DNA of 63,977 nucleotides, counting the filler, from Reticulomyxa filosa (taxonomy: Eukaryota; Protista; Foraminifera): assembly GCA_000512085.1 (NCBI GenBank). It is 25 parts of 25 records of this genome, joined end to end, with 100 filler letters (N's around TTAATTAATTAA, not from the genome) between each part and the next. Parts side by side here need not be neighbours in the genome. Positions count along the whole stretch, not along the records: positions 34,740 to 39,505 come from ASPP01003878.1; positions 39,606 to 41,449 come from ASPP01021782.1; positions 41,550 to 48,132 come from ASPP01004042.1; positions 48,233 to 49,766 come from ASPP01007011.1; 21 more parts are not named here. One strand, given 5' to 3'. The translations under genes and the position numbers were made by a program. Below are positions 34,740 to 48,266 of the stretch, piece by piece; position 1 is the stretch's first letter, and every line of letters starts with the position of its first letter. The notes under the pieces were generated by a model. It was not told where the DNA came from. It made no database searches and saw only the letters and a list, made by a program, of their open reading frames with translations.

Positions 34740-35633
34740 TATAGAAAGAAACCAAAAATTGGTTTTGAAATTTACCCTTCACCGAACTTGTCGACCTGCG
34801 TCGTAGAACCTTATAATGCGTTATTGGCTACGCATTGGCTGTTGGACCACACCGAAGTTTCTTTGTTATTAGATAATGAGGCCATTTACTGGATCTGCCA
34901 AAAGCAATTAAGAATCGCAAAACCAGAAAATTGATATCGAAAGTTATCTCCGCCATGACTGCATCTTTGCGATTTAGCGGTGAATTAAATGTTGATTTGA
35001 ATGAATTTCAAACAAACTTAGTCCCTTTCCATCGGTTACATTTTATGACTACTGGAATGAGCCCAATTATTCCAATAGTAGACGTATCAACAGCGCCAAA
35101 CGATATCCAAAAAATAACAAATACTGTTTTAAGCCAGCGAATTTGTTTGTTAAATATACCGAATTTGATCCCGCAGAAGATAAATATATGGCCATTTCAT
35201 TAAACTATCGTGGTGATATAAAATCTAAAGAAGCAAATGCAACGGTACAATGGTCAAAATCAAATAATAAAATTGCCTTAGTTGAATGGTGCCCAATAGG
35301 ATTTAAAATTGGTTTAAATGAAGTACCAGCAGTAACGTTAGAAGCTGATGATATTGGAGCATTTAGTAAAAATGCTGTGATGATAGCCAATAATACGGGC
35401 ATTTCGCGCGTCTTAGTAAACACATTGCCCAGAAATATGATATTATGTACTCGCAACGAACATTTGTTCATTGGTACGTAGTAGAAAGAATGGAAGAATG
35501 AGAATTTGCTGAAGCTCGTGAAGATTTGGGCTTCTTAGAAAAAGATTATTTGGATGTATTAAGTGAACAACCAACCGATGATGTTGGAGGTGATAATGCT
35601 GGCAACGACGCAGGTGACAATGATAACTATTAA
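34740..35633 (+). pseudogene. Divergent alpha-tubulin pseudogene (5' part missing)
   Basis: VVEPYN, DNEAIY, TASLRFSGELNVDLNEFQTNLVP, VEWCPIGFKIG, FVHWYV and EFAEAREDL. Frameshifts near 34930, 35125 and 35412, and an in-frame TGA at 35499-35501 (MEE*EF). Confidence 0.92.
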
Positions 35634-36397
35634 ATTTTTTTTTTTTTGCGAACAAGTGTGTGAAGTGGTGTAAGCTAATTTGAATATGCTTTGAAAGCCA
35701 TTTGACTAAAAAGTGGCACATGAATTTTTTAAATTGTATCTTTTAGAATACAATTTTTAATGAAATCTTTTCACAATTTGTATTCAGTTCTTTAACAAAA
35801 ATTTTTGTAAATCGTTTTGCATTGATTTTCTAAATCAGTTGATATTATATTATACGATAAATACTGTCAAATTAATGTTGTATACGTTATACTTTATAAA
35901 AACATAAACTGTATACAAAAATATAATTATATGTAAATCGATTATTATTTTCATGTTATGCATAAGCTATCCAAAAAATGTTTCATACTTTATTTCGCAA
36001 ATTGTTTTTTGATTTATTACAAAGTGTTACATGTCCAAATACTCTTGGAAGTAGATCTTCTCTGTTACTTCTGATACATTTGGCAAAGAATGGCAGATTC
36101 CAATATGATTCCAAACAAGCTTTCAAAAGAAAATAATTTTATTATAGTTTCCATATAAAACATTCTTTTTTTTTTGCATTAATTCATCCTTTGATTATGA
36201 GATACCTCACTCTTCAAAGTGTTGATTTTGAATCTATTATTCTCCCCTTTTTTGTTTTATTTCAGTTACAAGATATGCCGATATCAATCGCGTATTGAAT
36301 TGAAAAAATAAAATACTTTTTTTTGGATAGTATAAAAAAGTATAATTATGCAACAAAATGCTAACAACACTAAAAATTCACATACACAGCCAATATC

Positions 36398-37877
36398 TCA
36401 ATTCATTCCTTGATACCTATCAGCCACTTTTCTCCTGTTACGACACGATTGCGAACAAATAAGTAAGCCACAAAATAAGCAAAATAGACAAAACACTGAC
36501 ATGACAATAAGGCCAATAATGACACTAGAAAGACCATGGTGACTACTTGAGGTTTCATGTTCAACACTGGCCATCATGTAGGAGCTTGCACCGACAAACA
36601 TCTTGCACACGCGCATGTTTGCACCTTCGCCACCAGTCCAGTCCATGTTTTGTAAAAAGTAGCGATGCAATCGATTAGTGGTCCACCATACATATCCCTG
36701 ATATTATTTATAAAAAAAAAAACAGCCTTTTCTTTTTTTGTATGTTGCGTGTGATTTACAGTTGAAAAAAAATAAACAAATAAAGTACTTGGTTATCCCA
36801 TGCCCATGTGTCTTGCCATTGCATGGTAGTGGAATTGCGAAAGAGCAGTTGTTCTTGAGAAGAGACGTTTGTAAAAAAAGAAGGCAACATCGCAATGGCA
36901 TCATCGCTAAAGCTGCCAAAATATAAGACGCTGTCATTGCTGAATGTCATACCATCCATTTGCGACCTTCGCTCCCCTAAAAATTGAATCGAATGCGCAG
37001 TTTTATCGTCTGTATAATTTCGCAATGTCGATGTTGGAATGCGATATAACTTGTAGCTTGCCATTGGACAATAATACACGTACTCCAAATTTGGGGATAA
37101 GCTTATCCCGTCCTGTGACGTCGTGGTGTTCAACGTGTAATTATTTATTCGAATCGTGCTTGCCTCACTACTCTCTGGATCATGCGTCATCGTCGGATCT
37201 GCAAATCGGTGGCTCTGTTGTTCCGAGTGATCGTACACCACAATTGCACCTATTTTTTAAAATAACACACAACCTTATGTTTTTCGCACATGCGCATACA
37301 TGCACACACACATAAAACCTGGCTCCGTTCCAAGCACGTCCGAAATGTAGGCGATCTCATGTTTGATATCGACGACAATGTCATTTAAAAAAGTGGAGTT
37401 GTATGGAGCCACTTCGTTTGGGAACGTGTACTTCGAGAGCAATTGATTTTTTGGTATATCCCATAACAAAAACTTTGGAGGACACGTATTGTCAGGTACC
37501 GTTTGATTGTCCAAAAAATTCACACGTCCCGTGTCAATGATCCACATGCGTCCATATGGGTCGATTTCCATCGATTGCACGTATTGCAAACAACTACAAT
37601 TCCCCAGGGTTTGCATTTCCCAAGATGGAAACGGACGTAATACATAGTTAGTTGTGTTCTTTGGGTTTACAACTACCTCGTTTAGAGTGGATGGTACACC
37701 TTGCTTCCATCGTGGGACTGTTACAAACACTCGGTTTTCATAGATTTTTAGTCCTGTTATTATATTGTTTGACACAATAAACGAGCCGTTGTTGATGAAT
37801 GCTTCTTTGCTAGTTTCTTCAGGCCAATCATAATCAACAGTTACAAATTGATATACTATCAAAGGTGAAGCCGTCAT
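36398..37877 (-). CDS. Yellow / major royal jelly protein family beta-propeller with C-terminal TM helix, multi-exon (start uncertain)
   Basis: RVFVTVPRWKQGVPSTLN, LRPFPSWEMQ, LQYVQSMEIDPYGRMWIIDTG, CPPKFLLWDI, FLNDIVVD..AYISD, DGISLSP and QWQDTWAWD. The last exon encodes a TM helix (VIIGLIVMSVFCLFCLFCGLLIC). Confidence 0.9.
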
Positions 37878-38292
37878 GAGCTTTATATAAATGTAGGAAA
37901 AAGTTCTTTCTCTTTCCCTTTGGTTAAAAACACTATTTAGCAGTACATCCTTAAGCCTTCGTTACACTCACTAAGCAATTTTTTCCTGCAGAAAAAAAAG
38001 TAAATAAAACAATATTTGTTCAACATAAATCTATATTTGAAACATATTTTCGTGAAAATTGAGAAAATTAAGCTTTACAAAAAAAATTGGCAAAAATATT
38101 AATTCGAAATCTACAAACGAGAAAAGCAAACCAAGCAAACACACAAAAAAAATATTTGCCAATGTTTGAGAAAATGGGAAAAAAGATGGGCAGTATTGGA
38201 ATTAAGCAATTTGAACAAGCAACATGTGTTCGATACTTTGTCAAGATAAGCTGTAACCATTAACATTTAAAAAATTATGACCTTCCCCTCCC

Positions 38293-39270
38293 CTATCGTC
38301 CCAAAAATATACTTTTCTCAAAAAAAGATTGATTTTTTGTTGTTGTATTATTACAAAAAAAGAAACCACAATAACATTTTAGTTTTTTTTTTTTTTGATG
38401 AGGTAAGTTATCGCAAGCTTCTTGGCCATCCAGGCGGAACTCTGGGCGGCCTTGCGTTTCGAAGACGACTCCAAGTGTTATCACCAGCCACGTGGGAGGA
38501 ATCTCCTCGGCTGGGAGTATCATTGAACAGCCATCGATAGAGGACATAAGCGCCCCAAACCCCTTCGGTTCCAACGCAGTGACCAAAAGCGTGATAGCAT
38601 CGGTATGTTGCGTTTCCACATGATCTGGGGTTTGAGTGATGCTTACGTGGCCGACCGCTGAAACATTGTTTCCAACGGGGACAATTGGTCTCGCATAGCC
38701 ATTGTGTTGCATAGCAAAAGATTGTGGTTGATGATGATGAGGGGATCTTTGTCCTCCTTGATACACAGGCTGCTGCGCAAACCCTTGTTGAGGGATGCTT
38801 GGATTCTTTTGATGGACGTACGCAGGGGCTGGAGATGGGGTCATGTCATTGTCACTGTCGTTGTCACTTGTGCTGGTGTGCAACAAGTCGGACATATTGT
38901 TGTAGTGATGGCCTCCGTTTTGCGCTTTGCCGTTCATTCCTGCGACGGCGTTCTGAGGCTTGGCGTTCGTCCCACTGTCCGATGTACTGTTGTCATCCGT
39001 GTTACTATTTCCACTGCTGCTCAGTGTTTTGCGGTGACCTGTCTTGTTCAACCTTTCCAATAATACCGTTGATGCTTTATGCTGGTCTGTCATCTCCTTC
39101 ACTTGGTGGATGAATTCCACATCTTCCGCTACTGGTTCCATCTTCAGACTGTTACGCTTCGCTGGGATAATGTCCACTGGGGGATGGCTTTTTTCTTCAA
39201 GTGATTTATCTATCATCCCCTCTGTTGAATGAGGATCAGATACCGGCTTTGCATCTTCCATTGAACTCAT
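38293..39270 (-). CDS. Hypothetical protein with a low-complexity N-terminal region
   Basis: 325-aa ORF, GC-richer than its flanks. The 3' end is uncertain. Confidence 0.55.
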   Translation of the reverse strand: MSSMEDAKPVSDPHSTEGMIDKSLEEKSHPPVDIIPAKRNSLKMEPVAEDVEFIHQVKEMTDQHKASTVLLERLNKTGHRKTLSSSGNSNTDDNSTSDSGTNAKPQNAVAGMNGKAQNGGHHYNNMSDLLHTSTSDNDSDNDMTPSPAPAYVHQKNPSIPQQGFAQQPVYQGGQRSPHHHQPQSFAMQHNGYARPIVPVGNNVSAVGHVSITQTPDHVETQHTDAITLLVTALEPKGFGALMSSIDGCSMILPAEEIPPTWLVITLGVVFETQGRPEFRLDGQEACDNLPHQKKKKLKCYCGFFFCNNTTTKNQSFFEKSIFLGR

Positions 39271-39848
39271 TCCTGCGAAATGTTATTTGATTAAGACATG
39301 CGAAAGGGAATCCCAAAACTCTTCCAACATTTTTAAAACGTTTTTGTGTAAACGGTGAGATATTACAAATGTGTAGTTAATAATGTTCTAAATTTTTTAA
39401 ATCTTCAAAAGGTAAACAAAAATTAATTCACACGAACAAGAAATAAGAAAACAGAAAAGTAAAAGAAGAAAGACAGTGAAGGTTGTTGAGGAAAAAAGGG
39501 TTCCCNNNNNNNNNNNNNNNNNNNNNNNNNNNNNNNNNNNNNNNNNNNNTTAATTAATTAANNNNNNNNNNNNNNNNNNNNNNNNNNNNNNNNNNNNNNN
39601 NNNNNTTATTTCATCTTCTTCTACATAGTTCTGTTTTGTAAGAACATACCTTTCAAAATCTTTCAACCATTAAATATTTTTATCTATTATATTTTAATTA
39701 TTTTTTTGTCTAAGATAACAATAAATATATATAATTAAACTTGAAAATAGTTTTTCATGTATACATATTTATTTTGTAATGCGTTAGTATATTCACTTTC
39801 TTTTTTTTGTTCAATCAAGTCTATCAATTTGTCTATTTCATAACCATT

Positions 39849-40699
39849 TCATTTGAAATTTCTTTCAACTTCATTTTTTACTTTATATTCTATTCCAGCT
39901 CGAAATAACATTCTAGATATTTTCTTTTTTTTTAATGAAGGTTTGAATACATTTAAATCTTCTATTTTTTCTATTTCGTTTTTCTCTTTTTTGTTTTGCT
40001 TGCTCTTGTTACTGCCATTTCTAGTAGCTGTTGCATATTCCATGTCTTTGCATTTTTACGAATCATTTCCAATTACAATCGAATTTTTTGAGTAATATCT
40101 TCTTCGATTTTAGTCCATGATTTTTTGCAATTATATATTGATGCTAAATCAACCGCTGCATGCAATTTGCCAAACAGTTCCTTGGGTGGAGCGGAAGCGT
40201 ATGGATTAAGATATGATTTTTCCAGATCAATTACTTTGTATTTATTGACAACATCTTTCAATACTTTTTTCAACTCTGCCTCCAGTTCATTGATACTATT
40301 GACAACGCTGCTAGTTTTTTCTGCTTCATGTTCTGTTTTGTTGTCACTATAGTATTAAACAATTGTCCAAAATACATATAGCATTTTGAATTAGTTTGAT
40401 ATTCTCTTCTGCTTGCCAAAAATTGTAAGAATTAATGCTGCTCTCACCATTACTACCACATTTAGCATCAATTTTTTAATTGCTAATTTCGCTTCACACT
40501 CCATCTTTTCGATATCTTCTTGAGTCTTTTTATCTATATATTTGAACACATAATTTTTTGCATCATTGATCGCTTGCAATTGTAATTCAAACTCAATTAT
40601 ATCGTTTAAATCTATTTTGTTATTGCTAACATCAATGCTTTCGTCACAGTCTTTCTGACCAAATTCCTCAATGAATGCGATAGAAATATTTTGCGTCAC
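39849..40699 (-). pseudogene. Fragmented helical-protein pseudogene, family unassigned
   Basis: Three consecutive same-strand ORF fragments (40391-40699, 40073-40273, 39849-40043) with protein-like composition, broken by stops and frameshifts. Confidence 0.45.
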
Positions 40700-41590
40700 T
40701 GAAAGATTTTTGGTTTTGTATTAAAGTGTGGTTTCCTTGTGGGTTTTTTTGCAAATTTTTTTTAACAATAATTTTAAAAAAAATAGTTTAAACAATCAAA
40801 TTTATTTTCAGCAAAATTCTCAAAAAATTGAACTTCTTCTATAGATAACTAAAATGTTGGTAAATTTGAAGACAGAGCTGTTAGCTAGTCTGAAAAAAAG
40901 GGAGCAAGACTCGTGTAGTACCAATTTTTTGGTATCTTAGTGCCCCTTTAAGAGATTTATGGAAAATATAAAACTAAATTTGAGTTTATATGCATGAGTA
41001 AGTGTAGTTAGTTTGAAAATGGCAGTAACAGCTTTTGAAAGATAACCCGGATTTTTTTGAAAGTTTTCTTTAGTGTCAGGGAAACTGGCAGCAAAGAAAG
41101 TTTTGTTTGAACAACCTTGTAACGTAGAGTAATTAATTTTTGATTGTATCAGAAGGGGAATTTGCTTTCGATGTAATTTGGCTGCATCATTTGAATGCAA
41201 ATAGAACCACATGGAGCCAAAGCAGCCACCTCCAAGAGTTCATTCAAGCCAATTTGCTGGTGTTGTTATCACAGCTCAAGCAACTGTCACAATATCCATT
41301 CGGCAACACACATTCACCACAAATGCAATTCATAACAATGTCATTCAATAGCTCTGCGTATTGCATATTCTATCTCAATTTTTAATCATTCAAAAACCCA
41401 ATACACCCTCTTGTTTGTCAGTGACTATACACCGCTATTGTTCTCACGTNNNNNNNNNNNNNNNNNNNNNNNNNNNNNNNNNNNNNNNNNNNNTTAATTA
41501 ATTAANNNNNNNNNNNNNNNNNNNNNNNNNNNNNNNNNNNNNNNNNNNNGCAAGTGTATATGACAATGCAGGTGCAAAAAAAAAAAATGA

Positions 41591-42036
41591 CTAAACCTGA
41601 ACATTATTATTGGAAGAGGAGGAAGGCGAACTATATAAGATAGGATAACATTGAAAGTCCGGAGAGAAAGTGACCATAAACTGTTTGGAATGAATCCAAT
41701 TGGGATTTTGACGATCACCGTCAAAGTGCTTAGACAAATGATAACGAAGCCAAAGTTCACAGTTGTCGAAATGCGCTTGAAAGATACGTTGAGGACTGGT
41801 TTGGATATGAATGAGTTTTGAAATGATGCTTTGTGGTTGGCAACAAAGGCCATTCCAATGATCGTTAAATATCGACTCGATTTCCTTGTAAACCACATCA
41901 ATCCAAAGGTTTGAATCAAAACTATTTTTGAATTCGGATGACAGAAATGGATATTTGCAGCAATGGTAAATTAATACATTTAGCCATGTTATCATTAGTG
42001 CACGGGACTTTTCATTATTATTGTTATTATTGCTGA

Positions 42037-42091
<55 letters not shown>

Positions 42092-42973
42092 GTTGGTATG
42101 ACCCATTATATTATTCACATTATTGATTTTGTCCATATTACCATTGCTATTCAAAGTTGTTCCAGATCCGTTTACACTTTGATTTTGATTTTCAGATTGT
42201 GCGGATTTTGTTTTTCCCTTTGCCGCCTTTCTCTTTTTTGTGATTGTTGCATTTCCATTGGCATTTGTATTTGCATTTGTATTTGCATTTGTGTTTGAAG
42301 TTGTGAATTGATCCCACAAATTATGACAAGTCTGTGTTTTGAAAAGTGATGAGGAAATATAGTAATTCCATTGTTTGGTCGGACCATTGAAATCCATTGT
42401 CACATAGCCTTGGCTTTTTTTGTCATAATACCCACCCAAACCATTGTTTATTAAATGCATACGCAAATGCTCACACTGCCGTTGCACATGTTGTATTTCT
42501 TTACTTTGTCCTAATCCACTCCAATAATACATTTGCATGCTCGGTTTCATGTTTTGTCTATTTTTTGTTATTGTTGTTGTTTTGTTTATTTCACTTTTTT
42601 TTAAAAAAAAAAAAAAAATTAAAAAATAATACTTTCAAAACTGTGTGAACAATTGGTGACAACTGGAAGCCATTACGCTGATCATCACTTGACACGCATT
42701 CATCATTTCCGCGATTTGTGTAGGATGTCCATGATTGCATGTCTTCGGATTGGATTGCGGTCTTGAGATGCATTCCGCACATGTTCTGGGCGCGTTTCCG
42801 TTCGTGTGACCCGCTTGCAGTGCCCCGCTTGTCGCGGCATTCGTTGAAGATCCCGTTCCAGTACACGAGGGATTGCTTGGCAAATGGCCTGATGATTGTA
42901 TTAATTTGGGGTTTTCGTTAGTGGATAGGCTCTTTACCGTGTGCATGTTCTGATTCTTGAACCTTGGATCCAA
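41591..42973 (-). CDS. Hypothetical protein with poly-Asn tract, multi-exon
   Basis: A 319-aa ORF plus an upstream exon-like ORF (42635-42973). (AAT)n encodes poly-N. Confidence 0.55.
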
Positions 42974-43291
42974 AAAAAAAAAGGGGGAGCCACTGTGAAC
43001 GAAAGAAAAGACCCTTTTTGCTGTCTAGAAAGAAAAAACATTAAGGAAATATCAACAAGAAAAACAACACAACAGCGTAAAAAAAAAAAACACACAACAA
43101 AAAATGGACTCATTGCCAAAGGCAAATTGCTTGTGAACATCGTTGGATTTATTATGCATATGCGAAAGTTTAAGCGTAACTGAAAATAGCAACGTACAAA
43201 GAAATGCATAGTTTGTTTGACAGAGAAAAAAAAAAAGAAAAAAAAAAACAGCACCAAAGAAGTACAAACAATCACAGCAAGTAAAAAGACA

Positions 43292-46085
43292 TCAGACTTC
43301 GGACAAGACATTAGCGACTAATTCACTAATTCCAACCGATTCGTCAAAATCAGGCCTTTCCTTCAATTGGCCGATATAAGTGTTACTTTGACTGTTTTCT
43401 TTTTTTGAGCGCTCGCTCTGGTCGTTGGCAAGCATAGGCACACTGATTTGTTCAATAATGGATTCCATTCTGTGGATACTGTGAATAGATTCGCTGAGCC
43501 GTTTTTGCAAGTTTGTCTGTGAAGAATAAATAGGCATTTGAGAGAGGATATCTGTCAAACTTTTTTGATGATCAATCTGTACGTTCTCTATCGAGGCATT
43601 TGGATCGTGTTTGTGTTCTTCTTTATTTGCTTTGTTCGTCATCAATGAAAAGATGTCGTCATCGTCATTGGCCTCATCCGATTGATGCAGACTCAAAACA
43701 AGGGCTGAGGGTCGTCTCATTATGTCTGCCAAATCTTGTATTTTTATCGTACCTTTTTGCATTATTTATTACCAATCAATTAATTTTTGCTTATTTATTA
43801 TTGTTAAAATGCAAATACAGAAAAAAAAAGAAAGCAAACGAGCAGTGACCTCTTGGAGAGGCATTTTTTTGTGCAAAGGAGTGCAATGCAACATTGATTT
43901 CGTCGACTTCCTCGTCGGATTTGGCTTTTTCAGCAAAATGTAAGCGCAGGTCGTCCACGGTGACACTTTCATTTCGCGGACGCGATGGAGGTGAAGCGCC
44001 TTTCACCATATCTTGCAGTTCTAGAGTTGTCGTGCGAGTCAACATCACTTCTGCTCGAGCACGAACAAATCTTATATATGTATATATATATATATATATG
44101 TACATGTATGTATATAATATGTAACCCCCCCCCCTCCACACATGTTAATACAACATTGAAAAAAAATAGTGAACTCCTCAAGTTTAATTTTGCCATCATT
44201 ATCGGTATCCAAATGTTTCATGATTTCTTTGGTACGGTCATTGGCATCATGTTCAAGAAACCCTAGCCGAATCAACCACGCATTTAGCTCATTTTCTTCG
44301 ATACACCCATCTTGGTTCGAGTCGATTTCCTGAAACGCTTCCAGCAGTACACGGTATTGAGTTTCTGTCATATTCTGTATCAATTGGCTAAACCCTCCCC
44401 CCCCCCACCCCCTTTTTCTAATAACTCAAGTGTTTTCGTTGTCGTTGCATATTTATAGACATGTACGTAGTCCCTCTTCCCATTGTGATGATTTTTATAA
44501 AGTGTAACAAAAACAATGATACTAAAACTTGATCAAAAGGTTTCGCAAAACGACTATATATTAAAGAAGAGCCATTTTGTTATTTGTTCGTTCTTCAAAG
44601 CTAACATATAATATATATATATATATATATGTACATATACATGTATACACATACAAACCAGCATCTTGAAATTTGCCCAGATCATGCAAGAGATCATCTC
44701 CCAAATGGACGGTGCTTTGTGAATGGAGGATGAAAGGGTGCAAAAGTGCGTTGGCAGCAGACAGTCTTTGTGTGGTGTTTCTAGTGAGCAGCTTTCGAAT
44801 AAAGTCTTTGCATTGAACTGACAATTTGTGTTTATTCTTGCGGAACGTAAAATCGATGCAGGGCTTGTCATCGTCAAACATTAAAATCTGTTTCATTATT
44901 TCATTTTCGTTGCCAACAAAAGGGGGTCTTCCTGTTACCAATATGTACGCAATCACACCAACACTCCACATATCCGACTTTTTCATTTCCCATCCGTATC
45001 TCTGTCGTCCCACCTCTGGCGGCAGATAAAGCACTTTTTGTATTATTACAAAGCAGCGCATAAATAAACATACAAAGATACAAGTATATGTGTAAGTATT
45101 TATTGAAATTAAACACTTAAAAAAAAAAAAAATTAACAATTTTATACGTATTCTATAAACATAGAAAATAAATAGCACATATATACATATATATATATAT
45201 TTGTATATGTTTGTATGTGTACAAGTGCCAAAAGTGCTGGTATAAGAGGCGTTGTCGGTGAGACGCATAGCATCGCCAAAGTCAATCAACACCAGATTTG
45301 CATCTTCGTCTTCGCTATCGAACATCAAGTTACCTGGCTTCAAGTCTCTGTGGACCACGTCATTCGTGTGGACAAACTTCATTGTTTGGATCAATGTTTT
45401 CAACATTTTCGCTGCCATGTCCTCTGAAAACACGTGCGATTTACGAATTCGATCTTTTGTTTGTTTGTTTGTTTGTTTGTTTGTTTTTGCTTATCTCCCT
45501 TCTCTTGAGCTCTCATCTCAAATGACATAAACATGCTCTTTATGTCCCCTCAATCGACTCCAATTCATCTCCAAAATATAGCCCATTATTTTTCAAAGTG
45601 AAAAGTCCCAGAGGCGATGACATAAAAAAAAAAAAAAAAAAAAAACAACTCCCAAAGTTGTTCCCAAACATACCAAGCAATGCTCCTCCTCCACACAACT
45701 TGCAACAAATATACAAGTTTTTGCCATCCGAATAACTGTTATGAAATCTGTATTTTATTACAACCAACATTTTTTTTAAAAGGGATTTTTTTGGAAATAT
45801 TATCGACTTTTTTTTTAACTTGACAACAGTTTTGTGTCTTAAAGCAGTTAAAATCGACACCTCCGTTTTGAACCGCTCTTTATTTTCTTTGTCCGTCAAG
45901 TGCATTCGTTTCAATGCATACAAAAATCCATTTTCTTTCGATTTTGCTTCAAACACCTCACACGAGGCACCTTTGCCTAGTGTCCTTGTCAACTCAAACA
46001 GATCTGTTATATCTTTTACGTAATTTTCAGATTTAATCAAACCATTAAATTCATCAGTTGATGAGTGAGCAGAATTTGTAGTCAT
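43292..46085 (-). CDS. Calcium-dependent protein kinase (CDPK-like: kinase + EF-hands), multi-exon
   Basis: LGKGASCEV, YALK, HRDLKPGN, LIDFG, GT|LLYLPPE (intron 45034-45222), DMWSVGVIAYILVTGRPPF and RLSAANALLHPFI. EF-hands DSNQDGCIEENE and DTDNDGKIKLEE. Confidence 0.9.
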
Positions 46086-46433
46086 TTGTCGTGCTTTGTT
46101 TGTTTTTTTTTTGGTGCACACTTTTTTAGTTAGCCTACAAACGGAAGCGAACAAAAGCTACACATTCGGAATTTTTAATATGTCTGCAGTAGTAAAATAA
46201 CCTGCATTACAGTGCATTTTAGCATGATCTGCTTATATATTTTAGATATTCTTTTGAACAAAATTTCAATTTAATTTAAATTAAATGTAAATGCGCTTGA
46301 TGGACAACTTGGTCCTTGTTCTCTTTTAGCTATTTTTGCCTTTGAAATGGAAAGAAACAGCATTATTGTGCGGTACACCCGCTTTTCTACAAAAAAAAAT
46401 GCCTTGTAGTAAATTATAATCTTCACAAAAACG

Positions 46434-47724
46434 ATGGAAAAAACAGGCAATAAATTTGCATTGGATTTGCCAAAAACACGGTCTCTTCCTCCGATATTTG
46501 AGGATAAATCAAGTGATGTGAGGCTCTTGACAACAAAAGGCAGAGAATATTTGTTGCAACTGTTTAAATATCGAAATATATCATGGCGCTATCTGTTATG
46601 TCACACGTTGCCGCTGCAGCAACAAATACTGGTGCAGCAGCTAAAAAGAGAGGAGGCCTCATGGAAGAACAAGGAACAGACACGAAAAAACAGAGAGAAG
46701 GAAAGGAGAGAAGAAGAGGAGGAGGAGGAAGAAGAAGAAATACAGAGCGACGAGGATAATCCTTCGGATATGCATCATCCATGGATAAACTCACCAAGCA
46801 ATTCAAACAATGACACACATCCGTCAATCGTACGCAAGTCCTCCTTTCCATTCAGTCCATCGGTGTCATCGAAACGAGAGTCAGTGGTGACACCCATGTC
46901 TCCGAGGCCATGGATCGAAGAGTCGATATCCGATGCAAGTCACACGATGTTTTATCATCTGCCAATCATCGACACCATCACCTTGAAAAAGCTGTTTGTC
47001 CAAGGTCGGGAGGAATACGAGACCCTCAAACAATTGTATTTGACTCCACAACAAATGGTGCCTTACAAAAAAAAAAAAGCGCTCTATTTTTTATTCTCGC
47101 AGAACAGGGGAGAGATTTAAAAAAAAAAAGGAGTGAACTTTCGGAGTGTCTCGTTTTGAATGAAAACATAAAAAAAAAAAAAAAAAACAAGCATGCATGT
47201 AAATATAAATATGCATAAAAATATGACTATACATATACATATATGTATACATATATGTATACATATATATGTGTGGATATGCACATATAAATAAATAAAT
47301 AAATATGTATATGTATATGTACATATATTAATACAAGGCAATTCGTGATAGTTGCCTATTGGCAACAGCTCCGGTAAGCGAGGAGAGCAACGACGAGTTG
47401 CTCCGAGATCGATCCCAAACAGTGAAGGCGTTGCAAGAGCGCGATGAGGGCTATTCTCCTCACGGGTTTTCTCGGACTGACGTAATTGCCAACGATTGGA
47501 AGCAGCAGGCCCAACAGCAACAGCAACAGCAACAGCAACAACAACAACTGACGCCATTGCTATTGCCATCATCGTCGTCCACGCCTGTGGAAGGCCTGTA
47601 TTCAGTGAAGAGCCCGTTGCGACACAACGAAGGCGACAAAAGAGGACGGAAAAGCCCGATACCTCGACAGCAACACGAGCACTTTGTTCCGTGGAGTAGT
47701 ACGGGCACAACCCATGGCAATCAC

Positions 47725-47771
<47 letters not shown>

Positions 47772-48132
47772 TAATAATAATAGTAAGAATAAAAATAAAA
47801 ATAAAAATAAAAATAAAAATAATGATAATAATAACGACAATAAAGCAGCGACAAAAAAGAGAAAAAAAAGCAGTACCTTTTCGCGGATGAAACGTTCGCT
47901 AATGCAATTGGCTCGCAAACGAACAAGTGGAAAGTCGTCGCCGTCGTTGGCCACAACGCAAGAGAAGCATGTATCGAATCGCGGCAATGACATGATTGAA
48001 TTGAATGACGAAGTGTTGCTGCCCGACGCAATGACCGCAGACGCCAACGATGTGTGTGACGGATACTCGAGCGATACGTCGATGCATGTGAGCAAGTCCA
48101 ACCCCGTTCCTTCTTCTTCTTCTTCTTCTTCT
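46434..48132 (+). CDS. Hypothetical protein, possibly TBC Rab-GAP N-terminus with low-complexity inserts, 3' partial
   Basis: YRNISWRYLLCHTLP and GREEYETLKQLY resemble the TBC N-terminal R..W..LL..LP / R..Y..LK pattern. Poly-E, poly-Q and poly-N tracts. Catalytic TBC motifs not seen. Confidence 0.4.
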
Positions 48133-48232
48133 NNNNNNNNNNNNNNNNNNNNNNNNNNNNNNNNNNNNNNNNNNNNTTAATTAATTAANNNNNNNNNNNN
48201 NNNNNNNNNNNNNNNNNNNNNNNNNNNNNNNN

Positions 48233-48266
<34 letters not shown>

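Noticed and set aside
38420-38610. Weak resemblance of ITLLVTALEPKGFGALMSSIDGCSMILPAEEIP to the Chs5 N-terminal domain
   Set aside because: Only a loose pattern, with no FN3 or BRCT domain following.
47117-48101. Long antisense ORFs with poly-Y, poly-L or poly-C (also 52091-52375 and 13986-14351)
   Set aside because: Shadow frames of trinucleotide repeats in real genes on the opposite strand.
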